DNA of 50,415 nucleotides from an uncultured Candidatus Saccharibacteria bacterium (GCA_964394505.1 CAYMXR010000002.1:2494-52908); one strand, 5' to 3'; shown: positions 1 to 11,531, numbered from the stretch's first letter. Made by a program: numbers and translations. Notes: generated from the sequence alone by a model not told the origin.

Positions 1-191
1 TTCTCTATCAAACTAATATCCTCGTGCCATCTAGCTACAACAGCTACGCCGACATTTACTTTTTACCAATACTCTCTATTTAATCCCGATATTATACAAT
101 AATCGAAAAAGGTAAACTGTGCAAATCTGCCATTGCACAAATTCCCCGATTATGGCAGAATAGTGTTTAATAGTTAGATATAGACATATAC

Positions 192-263
192 CGCGGGGTA
201 GAGCAGCGGTAGCTCGTCAGGCTCATAACCTGAAGATCGTCGGTTCGATTCCGACCCCCGCAA
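192..263 (+). tRNA. initiator tRNA-fMet (anticodon CAU)
   Basis: Cloverleaf read by eye. Acceptor CGCGGGG/CCCCGCA has the bacterial-initiator C1:A72 mismatch and matches the E. coli tRNA-fMet acceptor as I recall it. D arm GAGC-AGCGGTA-GCTC, anticodon arm TCAGG-CTCATAA-CCTGA, T arm GTCGG-TTCGATT-CCGAC. CCA is not encoded. Confidence 0.9.
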
Positions 264-266
264 CAA

Positions 267-1021
267 GTAACCCCTCACACCCCCTTCAAGTATGTCACCA
301 GTGTGCCACTTTGTTTTCGGGACAGCAGGACTGATGCCAAGATTGCCAAAGTCTCAGCAGTCTTCTCTTTGAATGATCCAAAGGATATCTTCCTCTTGAG
401 TACAAGGTGTCGAAGTGACCTCTCAGCTGCATTGTTGTCGGAAGCAACATCTTTATGTAAAAGACAGGTCAAATAATTGTCTGTGCGGGCAGACACTTGT
501 TCCTTGATGCGATTGAGCTTTGCAGGATCAGATGGTTGTAGAACAACAAATGATTTCAATCGTGTATGAAGCGAACTGTACTTTGATTTAGGATCTGTTG
601 AAATTCTAGCATCCTCAATATCGGTATAGATTTGTTTGAATACCTTGTAAGCAGAAACGCAATGATCGTGGGTGTTTTCATTTACTTCCGATGATATCGC
701 TCTTTTTACGCTTCCTGCCAAAAACGATAGTGCTAAGTTCCTCAAGTCGGAGTTTTAGGTCGTCGATTGTTTTTTGTTGTTCGCTAACCACGGTCTTCAG
801 TGTAGCAATCTCTTTCTTGAGTTCTCGGTTGGTATCCCCTAGATTCCAAATTTTGAATCTTTGTTGTTCATGTAGATATTCTAAATTTCGAAGACGAATT
901 AGACGTTTTTTGATTTCCTCAACCGGTAAACCTCTTTTAGATGTACTCATTACACCACTTATTTTAACATGGATGAATAGATTGAAAGTGTGTTGTTATA
1001 CACACCCCTGTGAGGGGTTAC
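267..1021 (-). mobile_element. Internally deleted (non-autonomous) IS66-family element bounded by 13-bp perfect terminal inverted repeats
   Basis: GTAACCCCTCACA at 267..279 and its exact reverse complement TGTGAGGGGTTAC at 1009..1021. The GTAA terminus is typical of IS66 ends. The element encloses only the N- and C-terminal pieces of an IS66 transposase. No clear target-site duplication seen. Confidence 0.6.
275..950 (-). pseudogene. IS66-family transposase remnant (leucine-zipper N-terminus plus C-terminal domain; DDE core missing; frameshifted)
   Basis: ORF 678..950 has a coiled-coil ending in LEELSTIVFGRKRKKS, typical of the IS66 N-terminus. ORF 275..745 contains DNNAAERSLRHLVLKRKISFGS, the IS66 C-terminal signature NN-AER-RP-GRKN-F. 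Together they give ~235 aa against ~500 aa for an intact enzyme, and the two pieces are in different frames. Confidence 0.65.
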
Positions 1022-1065
1022 AAAATGTGAATAACTATGTAGAACTTACACACTTAGATGCAGTT

Positions 1066-1662
1066 TTACATGTAATAAAACTCTTCAAAAACCTTCCTGT
1101 ACATCGCTATCACATTTTTGGCTTCGTGATGATTGAGACTAAAGTCCGATCCTTCATGGGCGATCTGATTTCTCACCTTATGTGCTTCCCATGCTTCATC
1201 CAGAGTCTTCATGTCCCCTTTTGCGACTCTCTTTAGCTTTTCGCCAATACTATCCCCCCTATAACCCATTTTGGTCAACAAATCTTCGAGGATAATATCC
1301 GCCTCGATAATTGCTTGCTTCCAATCGTTTGGATTGTCGGACGCTATGTGTTGGATTGCATTTTGCCAGCGATGAGCCATGACAGTATCACCAGATGGTT
1401 CCTTTTCAAATGCGGGTTCGACTTTTTTATCAAAGACCTCTTCTTCTCTTTTCCTTAATCTTTTCAAATTTTCAACGCAGTAAATGATACCAATTAGAAA
1501 GAAAAAAGATAAAGGAAATGAGATACCGACCAAAATGCCAAATAGATTTTTCGCGAGGACAATAATTGACGGGAATAGATCCATTAACCAGCCACTTATA
1601 ACAGAAAACCAAGATGAAATATCTGGGAGAGGCGATGTAGATCGAGCAGTGTCGATGTCCAT
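1066..1662 (-). CDS. Membrane-anchored HEPN/DUF86-like protein (two N-terminal TM helices, C-terminal Rx4H domain)
   Basis: Hydrophobic stretches WFSVISGWLMDLFPSIIVLA and LVGISFPLSFFFLIGIIYCV. The C-terminus KVRNQIAHEG is nearly identical to the KVRNQITHDYG motif of the HepT ORF at 9853..10275. Confidence 0.5.
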   Translation of the reverse strand: MDIDTARSTSPLPDISSWFSVISGWLMDLFPSIIVLAKNLFGILVGISFPLSFFFLIGIIYCVENLKRLRKREEEVFDKKVEPAFEKEPSGDTVMAHRWQNAIQHIASDNPNDWKQAIIEADIILEDLLTKMGYRGDSIGEKLKRVAKGDMKTLDEAWEAHKVRNQIAHEGSDFSLNHHEAKNVIAMYRKVFEEFYYM

Positions 1663-1775
1663 GTTGTTATTATAGCAACTGAAACATTACTTCGAAAGTG
1701 GTGTTGCGAGGGTAAGGGAGAACACTTTGCATTTTGTTTTTGCTGTCGAGGACTGTTTGAGCGACTATAAATTGC

Positions 1776-3236
1776 TTATAAAAAGTGCTGCTCACCTAAA
1801 AATTCTTTTCCCGCATCAAATAAAACCTGCTCCTCGCCATGTCTAGCAGTGAGCTGAAGACCTATAGGTAAATCGACTCCATCTTTCTTTGAAAATCCAC
1901 AAGGAATAGATATGGCGGGCATACCAGTGAGGTTCGCGGTAACAGTAAAAATATCTTCGAGATACATAGCGACAGGATCAGCAGTTTTCTCTCCTATTTT
2001 GAAGGCAGAAGATGGTGTCGTCGGAGTAGCGATAATATCGACAAGAGCAAATGTTTTGACGAAATCATCGGTAATCATTTTTCTTACTGCATTTGCTCGG
2101 TTGTAATAAGCGTCATAATAGCCAGATGAAAGGACATATGTGCCAAGCAAAATTCTTCTTATAACCTCACGACCAAAACCGGCCCTGCGAGATTCAAAAT
2201 AATCATCAATACCGTCTTTGCCATTTACATGAAGACCATATCTCATACCGTCGAAGCGAGCCATGTTGGAAGAAACTTCGGCCGGCATAATGACATAATA
2301 AACCATAAGAGCATAGGAAATATTTGGCAAAGACACCTCTTTTATCTCATAACCTAGACTCTTGTATTTCTCTAATGACTTTTCGAAAGCAGAGATAACA
2401 TCTTTGTCTATCCCGTCACCAGCAAGAAAATGTTTTGGAACCCCTATAATTGGTTTGGTTTTTATCTTTTTTTCTTTATAAGTATCAATATCGATGGTCG
2501 TTCCGTCTTTTTCATCTTTACCTGAGATCACCTTATAAACAATTTCCGCATCCGATACTGTCTTTGTTATCGGTCCAATCTGGTCAAGAGAAGATCCCAT
2601 GGCCATCACTCCATATCTGGAAACTCGACCATAAGTTGGCTTCAATCCGACGACTCCACAAAAACTGGCCGGTTGGCGAATGGATCCCCCAGTATCTGAA
2701 CCAAGAGAGAAAAGTGCCCCATCCATAGCAACAGATGCGACCGAACCACCCGAAGAACCACCGGCAACTCGAGTCTTATCCAATGGATTCTTAGTCACTC
2801 CAAAAGCAGAATTTTCTGTCGAACCGCCCATAGCAAACTCATCCATATTAGTTCTACCCAAAATAACTGCTCCCTCAGCTTTTAATTTTTCAATAACCGT
2901 AGCGTCATAGGTAGCGTGATAATTTTCCAAGATTTTTGAAGATGAACTGGCAATTTTTCCTTTATTTAAAATGTTATCTTTGATCGCGCACGGGATACCT
3001 GTAAGCAAACTTGCCTTACCTTCTTTGATTCGCACATCGGCCTTTTTTGCCATTTCCAAAACATCATCATAGACTTCAAGATAGGCATTTATATCTTTAT
3101 TTTTTTCATTTATAACTTCCAAATAAGCTTTGGTAAGTTCAACCGCAGTAAAATCACCACGAACCATCGCGTCATGAGCTTTATTTATTGTTAATTCTTT
3201 GAGATTGATTTTCATTTGTTTACCCGGATGTGTCAC
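1776..3236 (-). CDS. gatA: Glu-tRNA(Gln)/Asp-tRNA(Asn) amidotransferase subunit A
   Basis: Amidase signature GGSSGGS and full-length GatA-like sequence, located immediately downstream of gatC. The true start may be the internal Met at MKINLKELT. Confidence 0.93.
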   Translation of the reverse strand: MTHPGKQMKINLKELTINKAHDAMVRGDFTAVELTKAYLEVINEKNKDINAYLEVYDDVLEMAKKADVRIKEGKASLLTGIPCAIKDNILNKGKIASSSSKILENYHATYDATVIEKLKAEGAVILGRTNMDEFAMGGSTENSAFGVTKNPLDKTRVAGGSSGGSVASVAMDGALFSLGSDTGGSIRQPASFCGVVGLKPTYGRVSRYGVMAMGSSLDQIGPITKTVSDAEIVYKVISGKDEKDGTTIDIDTYKEKKIKTKPIIGVPKHFLAGDGIDKDVISAFEKSLEKYKSLGYEIKEVSLPNISYALMVYYVIMPAEVSSNMARFDGMRYGLHVNGKDGIDDYFESRRAGFGREVIRRILLGTYVLSSGYYDAYYNRANAVRKMITDDFVKTFALVDIIATPTTPSSAFKIGEKTADPVAMYLEDIFTVTANLTGMPAISIPCGFSKKDGVDLPIGLQLTARHGEEQVLFDAGKEFLGEQHFL

Positions 3237-3248
3237 ACCCCCCCATTT

Positions 3249-3533
3249 TTACTGTTCAATGATCTTTTTTACCGCAATAAAATCACCAACACGGTGTGGT
3301 GCTTCATTGAGTAATGCCTCTCTTTCTTCGCTTTGACGTACCAAGTCCCCCCTAACGACATTCTTTACCGCACCAACCCTGCCCTCAGCATCCATCGAAA
3401 CATCTACCTTTTTGAGCTGGTCGACATAAGAAAGAATCGAATCGAATTCCTTAACCAAGGACTTTTTATCATCATCTGTAAGTTTGATGCGGGCCAACTT
3501 GGCCAAATGCTCCAGATCTGCTTGTTTTATCAT
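3249..3533 (-). CDS. gatC: Glu-tRNA(Gln)/Asp-tRNA(Asn) amidotransferase subunit C
   Basis: 94 aa with typical GatC sequence (LAKLARIKLTDDD...LSYVDQL) directly upstream of gatA. Confidence 0.88.
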   Translation of the reverse strand: MIKQADLEHLAKLARIKLTDDDKKSLVKEFDSILSYVDQLKKVDVSMDAEGRVGAVKNVVRGDLVRQSEEREALLNEAPHRVGDFIAVKKIIEQ

Positions 3534-3634
3534 ATGCGGATTCTAACATAATTATTAGGATCGGCAAAAAGCAGGAAGCCCGAGTTCAACAATCAATTGC
3601 AACACTTGTATTAAGATATAAGTGTTATTTTTGC

Positions 3635-5674
<2,040 letters not shown>

Positions 5675-6202
5675 TTACATATTATATTGCGTCCTTATAC
5701 CTCTTTCTATAGCTCGGGGATTAGTTTTATTTGAATCAGAACATGGTGCATAATCTCCCAAATTATAACCCCGTGAATCTATAACGGTCTTCATATTATC
5801 GGTGGTTTTGTCTATACCCCAAGCGATCGTTATTATGGCGCAAGTATTATTTGGCATAATCCTTTTTATGGTTTTTTCATAAACAGTACCATCCTGGATA
5901 TTCATGCTGGTATCTGACGCTTTTGTCTTTTTATCATATGAAAATGTCTCCGTAGAAGCGGTTGTGAAACAAGGTAAACTATTGACAGGATCAGTGGTTT
6001 CCAATTTTTTATCATAATATGCCATAACCGCACACTGCATACCACCATCCGCCGCATACATAGCAAGGGTCGAATCTTTTGCCATGGAAGACAATATCAA
6101 TTGCCTACGACTAGAAGAGATGATAAAAACCGCCACAGACAAAACTATCGATGAGACGATGATTGCAAATAAGAGAGTATAGCCTTTATTATATTTAAAC
6201 AT
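5675..6202 (-). CDS. PilX-like minor pilus component (degenerate prepilin N-terminus)
   Basis: N-terminus NKGYTLLFAIIVSSIVLSV resembles a class III signal but lacks Glu5. It is last in a run of four minor-pilin genes. Confidence 0.45.
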   Translation of the reverse strand: MFKYNKGYTLLFAIIVSSIVLSVAVFIISSSRRQLILSSMAKDSTLAMYAADGGMQCAVMAYYDKKLETTDPVNSLPCFTTASTETFSYDKKTKASDTSMNIQDGTVYEKTIKRIMPNNTCAIITIAWGIDKTTDNMKTVIDSRGYNLGDYAPCSDSNKTNPRAIERGIRTQYNM

Positions 6203-6204
6203 AT

Positions 6205-6687
6205 TTATCTATGATAATTAGTCAGTACCGTCTTTAATGATGTTTCGTATTCTTCATTTCTAGGACCTTCCCAAATTATCTTCACATGGGCAATAGCTTG
6301 ATTGGTCTTGGTAGTGATCTTATTGGTTGATTTGTTTGTAAAATAATGATAACGAGTGAAACCTTGTGGTGTTCCAGCAATATCACAAGATGGATTTGGT
6401 TCGTCTTTATAACAGATATCAAAGATATGTGGCACAGTAGCGATATCTTGATCTTTCTCCCAACCTTCGAAAATCCCTACGGTTCGATTGTTCTTCCAAT
6501 AATTTATATATTCCATAGTCTCTTGGGCCAAATTTGTAGCGATAACTTGATCACGAGTACCGAGGGCAGTATGGTAAGCTTTGTTTGCAACCGTAAGAGG
6601 TCCGGCTATGGCGATCATAAGGACGGTAATCGCAACCAAAGTCTCGATCAATGTAAAACCTCTGATTTTATTTTTGTATTTATCCAT
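6205..6687 (-). CDS. Type IV minor pilin (prepilin-type N-terminal cleavage/methylation domain)
   Basis: N-terminus IRGFTLIETLVAITVLMIAIAG. Confidence 0.75.
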   Translation of the reverse strand: MDKYKNKIRGFTLIETLVAITVLMIAIAGPLTVANKAYHTALGTRDQVIATNLAQETMEYINYWKNNRTVGIFEGWEKDQDIATVPHIFDICYKDEPNPSCDIAGTPQGFTRYHYFTNKSTNKITTKTNQAIAHVKIIWEGPRNEEYETSLKTVLTNYHR

Positions 6688-6689
6688 AA

Positions 6690-7319
6690 TTAAATATCTG
6701 AAATCCTTTGTGATACCGCAGTCTGCACAGTAAACTTGGTCTGCTCACTCTCTCTTTTGCCAGCATATCCCTCGATCTTAAAACTTGCCAAAGAATATTC
6801 TTTTGTACCAAGAAGTACGGCAAACTCCACATTGGTTAATGTGACATTTTTTTCATCCACTATTGACACAGCAGTTTCAGGTCTAATTTCTCCACGACAA
6901 GTAGTTTGTTCAGATTTTTTGATACTCCACCTATTTTCTCCATTAACATTTTTCTTATCGAACCAATAGGCATGTATAAGGGGACAACCCTCTGGATCGG
7001 TTTTTGTAGATGTGAATAATATACCTTTATTGGAAGCACTGTGAGCACAAACTGTTGCTGTCGTTGAATTTTTACTAAAAGATGAATCTCGAGTACATTG
7101 GAAGCCAATACCATATCTCATATTCCTTGTCATTGACTCCAAAGCAAAACTGACATTGTCCATAGCAGATTGTAGTGATTGGGCTCGCCTATTTAGACCC
7201 GTGATACGAACCAGAGAACCTACAGCGACTACCGCCACTAGAGAGAATATGCCCAAAGAAACTATCATCTCAAGTAATGTAAAACCTCGTTTTTTGTTTT
7301 TCAAAATATTATAGATCAT
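6690..7319 (-). CDS. Type IV minor pilin (PilW/GspJ-like)
   Basis: N-terminus KRGFTLLEMIVSLGIFSLVAV. Start overlaps the upstream gene by 4 nt. Confidence 0.75.
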   Translation of the reverse strand: MIYNILKNKKRGFTLLEMIVSLGIFSLVAVVAVGSLVRITGLNRRAQSLQSAMDNVSFALESMTRNMRYGIGFQCTRDSSFSKNSTTATVCAHSASNKGILFTSTKTDPEGCPLIHAYWFDKKNVNGENRWSIKKSEQTTCRGEIRPETAVSIVDEKNVTLTNVEFAVLLGTKEYSLASFKIEGYAGKRESEQTKFTVQTAVSQRISDI

Positions 7320-7960
7320 TCTATTGAAATTTGACCAGTACTATCGACTACTATGGATTTTTTTGTACTACCATCCGAAGCGATTAGCTCGATTTTAGCA
7401 TATTTATAGGTAGTACAATTTTTTATTCTACTACCACCAGAAGTATAAGTAAGACAAATAATCGGTTCTGGGTTTGGTCTCTGGAAGACTATATCTAATT
7501 CATCACCACTAGAAAGAATAGAGGTACATTTTGCTTGATTTACTCCAACACACAAACTATTGATCTTCGCACCTCTTTTTAGAGTATAAGATTTTTCTTT
7601 AGTAACCTTAGCTGGATCATTCGACTTTGTGTAAGAATAAAGACTAAACTCATTGTTTGGACTACTGTGTAAAAAATTAACACCATAAGATCCAGTAAAA
7701 TCGACACCTGTAGTTGCTTTGACACTAATACCATAAGTCTGAGCTTGTCTCATAGTAAGAGCGACATCATAGGCCATGTTGGTAAATACTGTACCTGAAT
7801 AATAACTATTGTATTTAGCCAAGATAAGCGCAGTCATAAGAACAAAGATGCCGACCGTGACCATAAGTTCAATCAAAGTAAAAGCTTTTGTGCCTGAGAT
7901 ATGCCCAGGCGAGATTTTATTTTTTTTATCGTGCATTTTTTCTAAAAAGTGCGAAATCAT
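7316..7960 (-). CDS. Type IV minor pilin (FimT/GspH-like)
   Basis: Prepilin motif TKAFTLIELMVTVGIFVLM after a ~24-aa leader. Confidence 0.7.
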   Translation of the reverse strand: MISHFLEKMHDKKNKISPGHISGTKAFTLIELMVTVGIFVLMTALILAKYNSYYSGTVFTNMAYDVALTMRQAQTYGISVKATTGVDFTGSYGVNFLHSSPNNEFSLYSYTKSNDPAKVTKEKSYTLKRGAKINSLCVGVNQAKCTSILSSGDELDIVFQRPNPEPIICLTYTSGGSRIKNCTTYKYAKIELIASDGSTKKSIVVDSTGQISIE

Positions 7961-8043
7961 TACCTCTATTATAACCCATAAAACAACTTTATTGCTGTTT
8001 ATAATCCAACAACAAAAGAGCTAATATAATAAATCCTTGTGTT

Positions 8044-8838
8044 TTACCACAAAAATTCTTTTATTATAGATAAGTCTAATACCTCTAAACCAAAAAACAA
8101 AACCAAGTACATACCGAGTATGAGAAATGGACCAAAAGGTATTTCAACCCCTGATTTAAATTTTCCGTATTTGAGATAAAGCCATGACACAGAAACAATT
8201 GCTGCAATCCAAAAGGACAAGACTATAGAATTCACACCTCCACTGATACCCAAAAGCCAACCGATACCGATAACCAATTTTGCATCACCCAGACCCATCC
8301 ATGTTTGCTTCGACAAAAAGCCGATCAAGGCAAAAGGTAGAGCCAATAATGGACCAGCGATTATAAAACTCGTACTTGGAATATGAAACCAAGTTTCTCC
8401 TCCAATGAAAAGACTGATGATTGAAGAAACAATAAATAAATACACCAAAAGATTTGGAATAATCTTGTGTTTTATATCATAGACCGAAATAACGATGAGT
8501 AAACTTGCAACAACGAATTGTAATATCGTAACAAAAGCAAAAGATGCTGTCAGTGGTGGAAAATAGATGAAAATAAACAAGAAAAAGACTCCTGTTATAA
8601 ATTCAACGATTGGATATTGCCATGAAATAGGACTTTTGCATTTACTACACTTTCCTTTTTGAAATGCAAAACTCAGGATAGGAATAAGTTCTGTGTAAGA
8701 CAGTTGCCTGCCACAAGTCATGCACATCGATCTACCGCCAATTGTCTTTCCTGTATTGAAACGCAAAATTACGACATTCAAAAAACTTCCGATAATTGCT
8801 CCAAAAATAAAGACAAAGACTAATAGGACTATATCCAT
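8044..8838 (-). CDS. pilD: Prepilin peptidase / N-methyltransferase (A24 family)
   Basis: Polytopic membrane protein with the CxxC...CxxC cytoplasmic loop (CMTCGRQL...CSKCKSPI) and the GDAKL aspartyl motif. Confidence 0.9.
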   Translation of the reverse strand: MDIVLLVFVFIFGAIIGSFLNVVILRFNTGKTIGGRSMCMTCGRQLSYTELIPILSFAFQKGKCSKCKSPISWQYPIVEFITGVFFLFIFIYFPPLTASFAFVTILQFVVASLLIVISVYDIKHKIIPNLLVYLFIVSSIISLFIGGETWFHIPSTSFIIAGPLLALPFALIGFLSKQTWMGLGDAKLVIGIGWLLGISGGVNSIVLSFWIAAIVSVSWLYLKYGKFKSGVEIPFGPFLILGMYLVLFFGLEVLDLSIIKEFLW

Positions 8839-8839
8839 G

Positions 8840-9313
8840 CTATTTTGGTCCCACGCAGTAGTCTATGGTCGAAGGGGCGCAAGGACCAACACTATATCTA
8901 GTACCTGCTTCAGTAAGCCCTTCAGTCGTAGCACCGTTTCCGGTATTTTCTAACTCTGCTTTCAAGATATAATCAAGTGGCTCATTATTATCATCAACAC
9001 CGTAGATATAATTGACTTTTGTTAGAGGATCTTTCGGTATAACGGATATAAAATCAGTGATTTTTTTAGCGCAAGTAGTACTTGTATCTATTGCGCCAGA
9101 ACTATTTTTAGGATACACCCCACACCATTCGAAGTATTGCTCCAAAGCTAGTTGAATCTGAGCAATATCGGAAATTCGTTTTGCATCACGAGCCTTACTG
9201 CGAGATGAGCTTATATTGACAATGACAACTGCAGACAAAATCCCGATGATAGCGATAACAACTATAAGTTCAATCAATGTAAAGCCTTTTTTGTTTAATA
9301 GATATTTATTCAT
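8840..9313 (-). CDS. Type IV pilin paralogue 1
   Basis: KKGFTLIELIVVIAIIGILSAVV N-terminus and C-terminal cysteines. Confidence 0.85.
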   Translation of the reverse strand: MNKYLLNKKGFTLIELIVVIAIIGILSAVVIVNISSSRSKARDAKRISDIAQIQLALEQYFEWCGVYPKNSSGAIDTSTTCAKKITDFISVIPKDPLTKVNYIYGVDDNNEPLDYILKAELENTGNGATTEGLTEAGTRYSVGPCAPSTIDYCVGPK

Positions 9314-9337
9314 AGATAAATTGTATCACACTAGCAC

Positions 9338-9802
9338 TTATTGTGGGCAGATCGCTTGAGTATTGTCTGTAGTAGCTTGGTTTGTAGTCCCTTTGGAATC
9401 AATACAAAACCATTGAGTTGTTGTGGAGACCAATTGTCCGTAAATGGCATAATCTAATACGGCTTCACCTTCGGTCGCCGGAGAATTGACTATATTTATG
9501 GTACTACCGAGACTGGCTATATCTCCTAGCAAGACATTAAGAGTTGTTGTGCCAGGATTTGCATCTGCAACCAACCCACCAAATATCTTTGTTGCATCGT
9601 TGGTCAAATCTGGATAAGTGACACCTGTATAATTTGACTCGATGATGGTCTTTATCTGTTTTACTCCGGAGATGACTTTGACATCTTGAGCTTTGCCTCT
9701 GGCGGAGTTGAGTGAAACCAAGACTGTACTTGCAAGTATGCCAATAATGGCGATGACTACTAGTAATTCGATAAGGGTGAAACCCTTTATTTTTTTATTC
9801 AT
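9338..9802 (-). CDS. Type IV pilin paralogue 2
   Basis: IKGFTLIELLVVIAIIGILASTV N-terminus and a C-terminal Cys pair (FCIDS...AICPQ). Confidence 0.85.
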   Translation of the reverse strand: MNKKIKGFTLIELLVVIAIIGILASTVLVSLNSARGKAQDVKVISGVKQIKTIIESNYTGVTYPDLTNDATKIFGGLVADANPGTTTLNVLLGDIASLGSTINIVNSPATEGEAVLDYAIYGQLVSTTTQWFCIDSKGTTNQATTDNTQAICPQ

Positions 9803-9852
9803 AAATATTATTAGCTATTAAAATGTTTGCTATTTACTTTTTAAAATTTAAT

Positions 9853-10275
9853 TTACGCAAACTTCTCAATCAATATTTTAGCGTATGTTTTGTACATTTC
9901 AAAATATTTTCTTGTAGAAATCACTAACTCATTCATTGAAAGCTTACCGTAATCATGGGTTATCTGATTACGCACCTTGGCTGATTCAGCAATCCCTTCA
10001 GCAAATTGTTGATCTATAATATTGAGTGGTACAATCTCATAAAATGATGACTTTGAAGAATCTGGGATCGTCCCACCTAATTGATAAATAAGAATTGCAT
10101 TTATATCAATAGCCTCATCAACGACTAACTGAAATGATCTTTCCATTGCAAGTCTTTTATCTTCATTCTGATTAATTTCTTCATCTGACAGAGACAAATA
10201 TGAACCAAGCATCTTGATATACTTCTGCAAAAGAAGAATTTTCTCTTTCAAGACTTTTTGAGCATCAGTATTCAT
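9853..10275 (-). CDS. hepT: HEPN-domain toxin, DUF86/HepT type
   Basis: 140 aa with the Rx4H motif in KVRNQITHDYG. Start overlaps the stop of the upstream nucleotidyltransferase by 1 nt. Confidence 0.8.
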   Translation of the reverse strand: MNTDAQKVLKEKILLLQKYIKMLGSYLSLSDEEINQNEDKRLAMERSFQLVVDEAIDINAILIYQLGGTIPDSSKSSFYEIVPLNIIDQQFAEGIAESAKVRNQITHDYGKLSMNELVISTRKYFEMYKTYAKILIEKFA

Positions 10276-10667
10276 TATATTTGTTTAGCCCACTCTACAA
10301 GTTGTCTGCTTGCTAAATTACGCAACCACGCAGTCTCCATCCAAACCCTGATAGCATAAAATTTCCAGCGCAAATAAATAGTTCTCTCTTTTTCATAGAG
10401 AAGCTTACCATCTTTCACTACTGCTCGCATGAGGGTTGGTGACGCTTTGCTAAGATCAACCGCCTGCACATCATCTCTTCCGAAGACCTTATCCATATCA
10501 GACATCAATTTGATCCTATCAAACTCATTACTGCTTATAACCCCTAGATCAACATCGCTTTTTGGATGAGTCCTGCCCGTTGCCTGAGAACCAAAAAGAA
10601 CGACGAAACTAAGCCCGTATTTCTCAGCCACTTCTGCTATTTTTGGCTTAATTGTTTCGATATTCAT
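10275..10667 (-). CDS. mntA: Minimal nucleotidyltransferase antitoxin (MntA type)
   Basis: LFGSQATGRTHPKSDVDLGV matches the GSx10-DxD pol-beta NT signature. Paired with HepT. Confidence 0.8.
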   Translation of the reverse strand: MNIETIKPKIAEVAEKYGLSFVVLFGSQATGRTHPKSDVDLGVISSNEFDRIKLMSDMDKVFGRDDVQAVDLSKASPTLMRAVVKDGKLLYEKERTIYLRWKFYAIRVWMETAWLRNLASRQLVEWAKQI

Positions 10668-10854
10668 GAAATAACTATAACATATTTTCAGTTCAACAAA
10701 AAATGACGCACCTTAAGATCAAAATTTGTGATCTTGAAGAAAGGACGGAATATCAAGTGCGCACCCAATCATACTATCTCTAATTAGGCTTAATTCAACC
10801 TAGTACACTATAGTGAATTTCACCCCACCCCACCACTTTTTTTACACTCCCTTT

Positions 10855-10884
10855 AACACAAACCACCCGCCGTACGGCGGGTGG
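10855..10884 (-). terminator. Rho-independent terminator after pilin paralogue 3
   Basis: Perfect 9-bp GC-rich stem CCACCCGCC-GTAC-GGCGGGTGG (10863..10884), followed on the minus strand by TTTGTGTT. Lies 27 nt past the stop codon. Confidence 0.7.
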
Positions 10885-10910
10885 AGAGATTAACAGACTA
10901 TAAATTAACG

Positions 10911-11414
10911 CTACTTGCAAGCACCATTAACAAACAAATCACCCTCGACAACAGGACTACTTAATGTCTCTTTCCTTGAATTCCCAAGACTATCAACACA
11001 CCAGGCGCCTCCAGTTGCACTAGAATAAGAACCGGCGACAGCATAAGAAGTTGCTTTTGCTGTAGCTGTACCATTATGAGTAAACCAAATCATTGTACCG
11101 GCAGGTAAATTTCCTGGGGTTAGCCCTAATGTTGCTTCTGCATTACTAAACACACTAGCATCAGTAGATGGTATTGTCATACCACCAACCACAAAAGCTG
11201 CCTTTGCTGCAGTACCTGCAGAATACCCATTGTTATTAGTATAATAAACTTCCGCTGCGGACCTAAAACCAGCCAACTGTGCTTGTACCTTTGCATCAGC
11301 ACCTTTACTTCTAGCTGAATTTAAACTGACCAAAACAACTGAGGCTAAAATACCAATAATAGCGATAACTACGAGCAACTCGATGAGGGTGAAACCTCGT
11401 GTGAACCTTTTCAT
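10911..11414 (-). CDS. Type IV pilin paralogue 3
   Basis: TRGFTLIELLVVIAIIGILASVVLVSLNSARSKG N-terminus, C-terminal Cys pair (WCVDS...GACK), own terminator. Confidence 0.88.
   Translation of the reverse strand: MKRFTRGFTLIELLVVIAIIGILASVVLVSLNSARSKGADAKVQAQLAGFRSAAEVYYTNNNGYSAGTAAKAAFVVGGMTIPSTDASVFSNAEATLGLTPGNLPAGTMIWFTHNGTATAKATSYAVAGSYSSATGGAWCVDSLGNSRKETLSSPVVEGDLFVNGACK
11338..11405 (-). repeat. 68-nt block, 66/68 identical to 12007..12074 (5' ends of adjacent pilin genes)
   Basis: Direct comparison of the two stretches shows only two substitutions. The other two pilin genes encode the same peptide with diverged codons. Confidence 0.9.
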
Positions 11415-11531
11415 ATTTTATTTTCTATTAATAATAACCTGATAATTAATCACCTAAATTTGGTTAATAGGTAACAGATATATTATACTACAATTTTAAG
11501 GTCCCTAAAGGTTAAGATGTGGACAACTTAA

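Noticed and set aside
1-191. Promoter for tRNA-fMet (TTGCAC-N17-CAGAAT around 134..162) and a small palindrome GTGCAA...TTGCAC
   Set aside because: The -10 is poor and it lies more than 30 nt from the mature 5' end. This is too weak to report as a feature.
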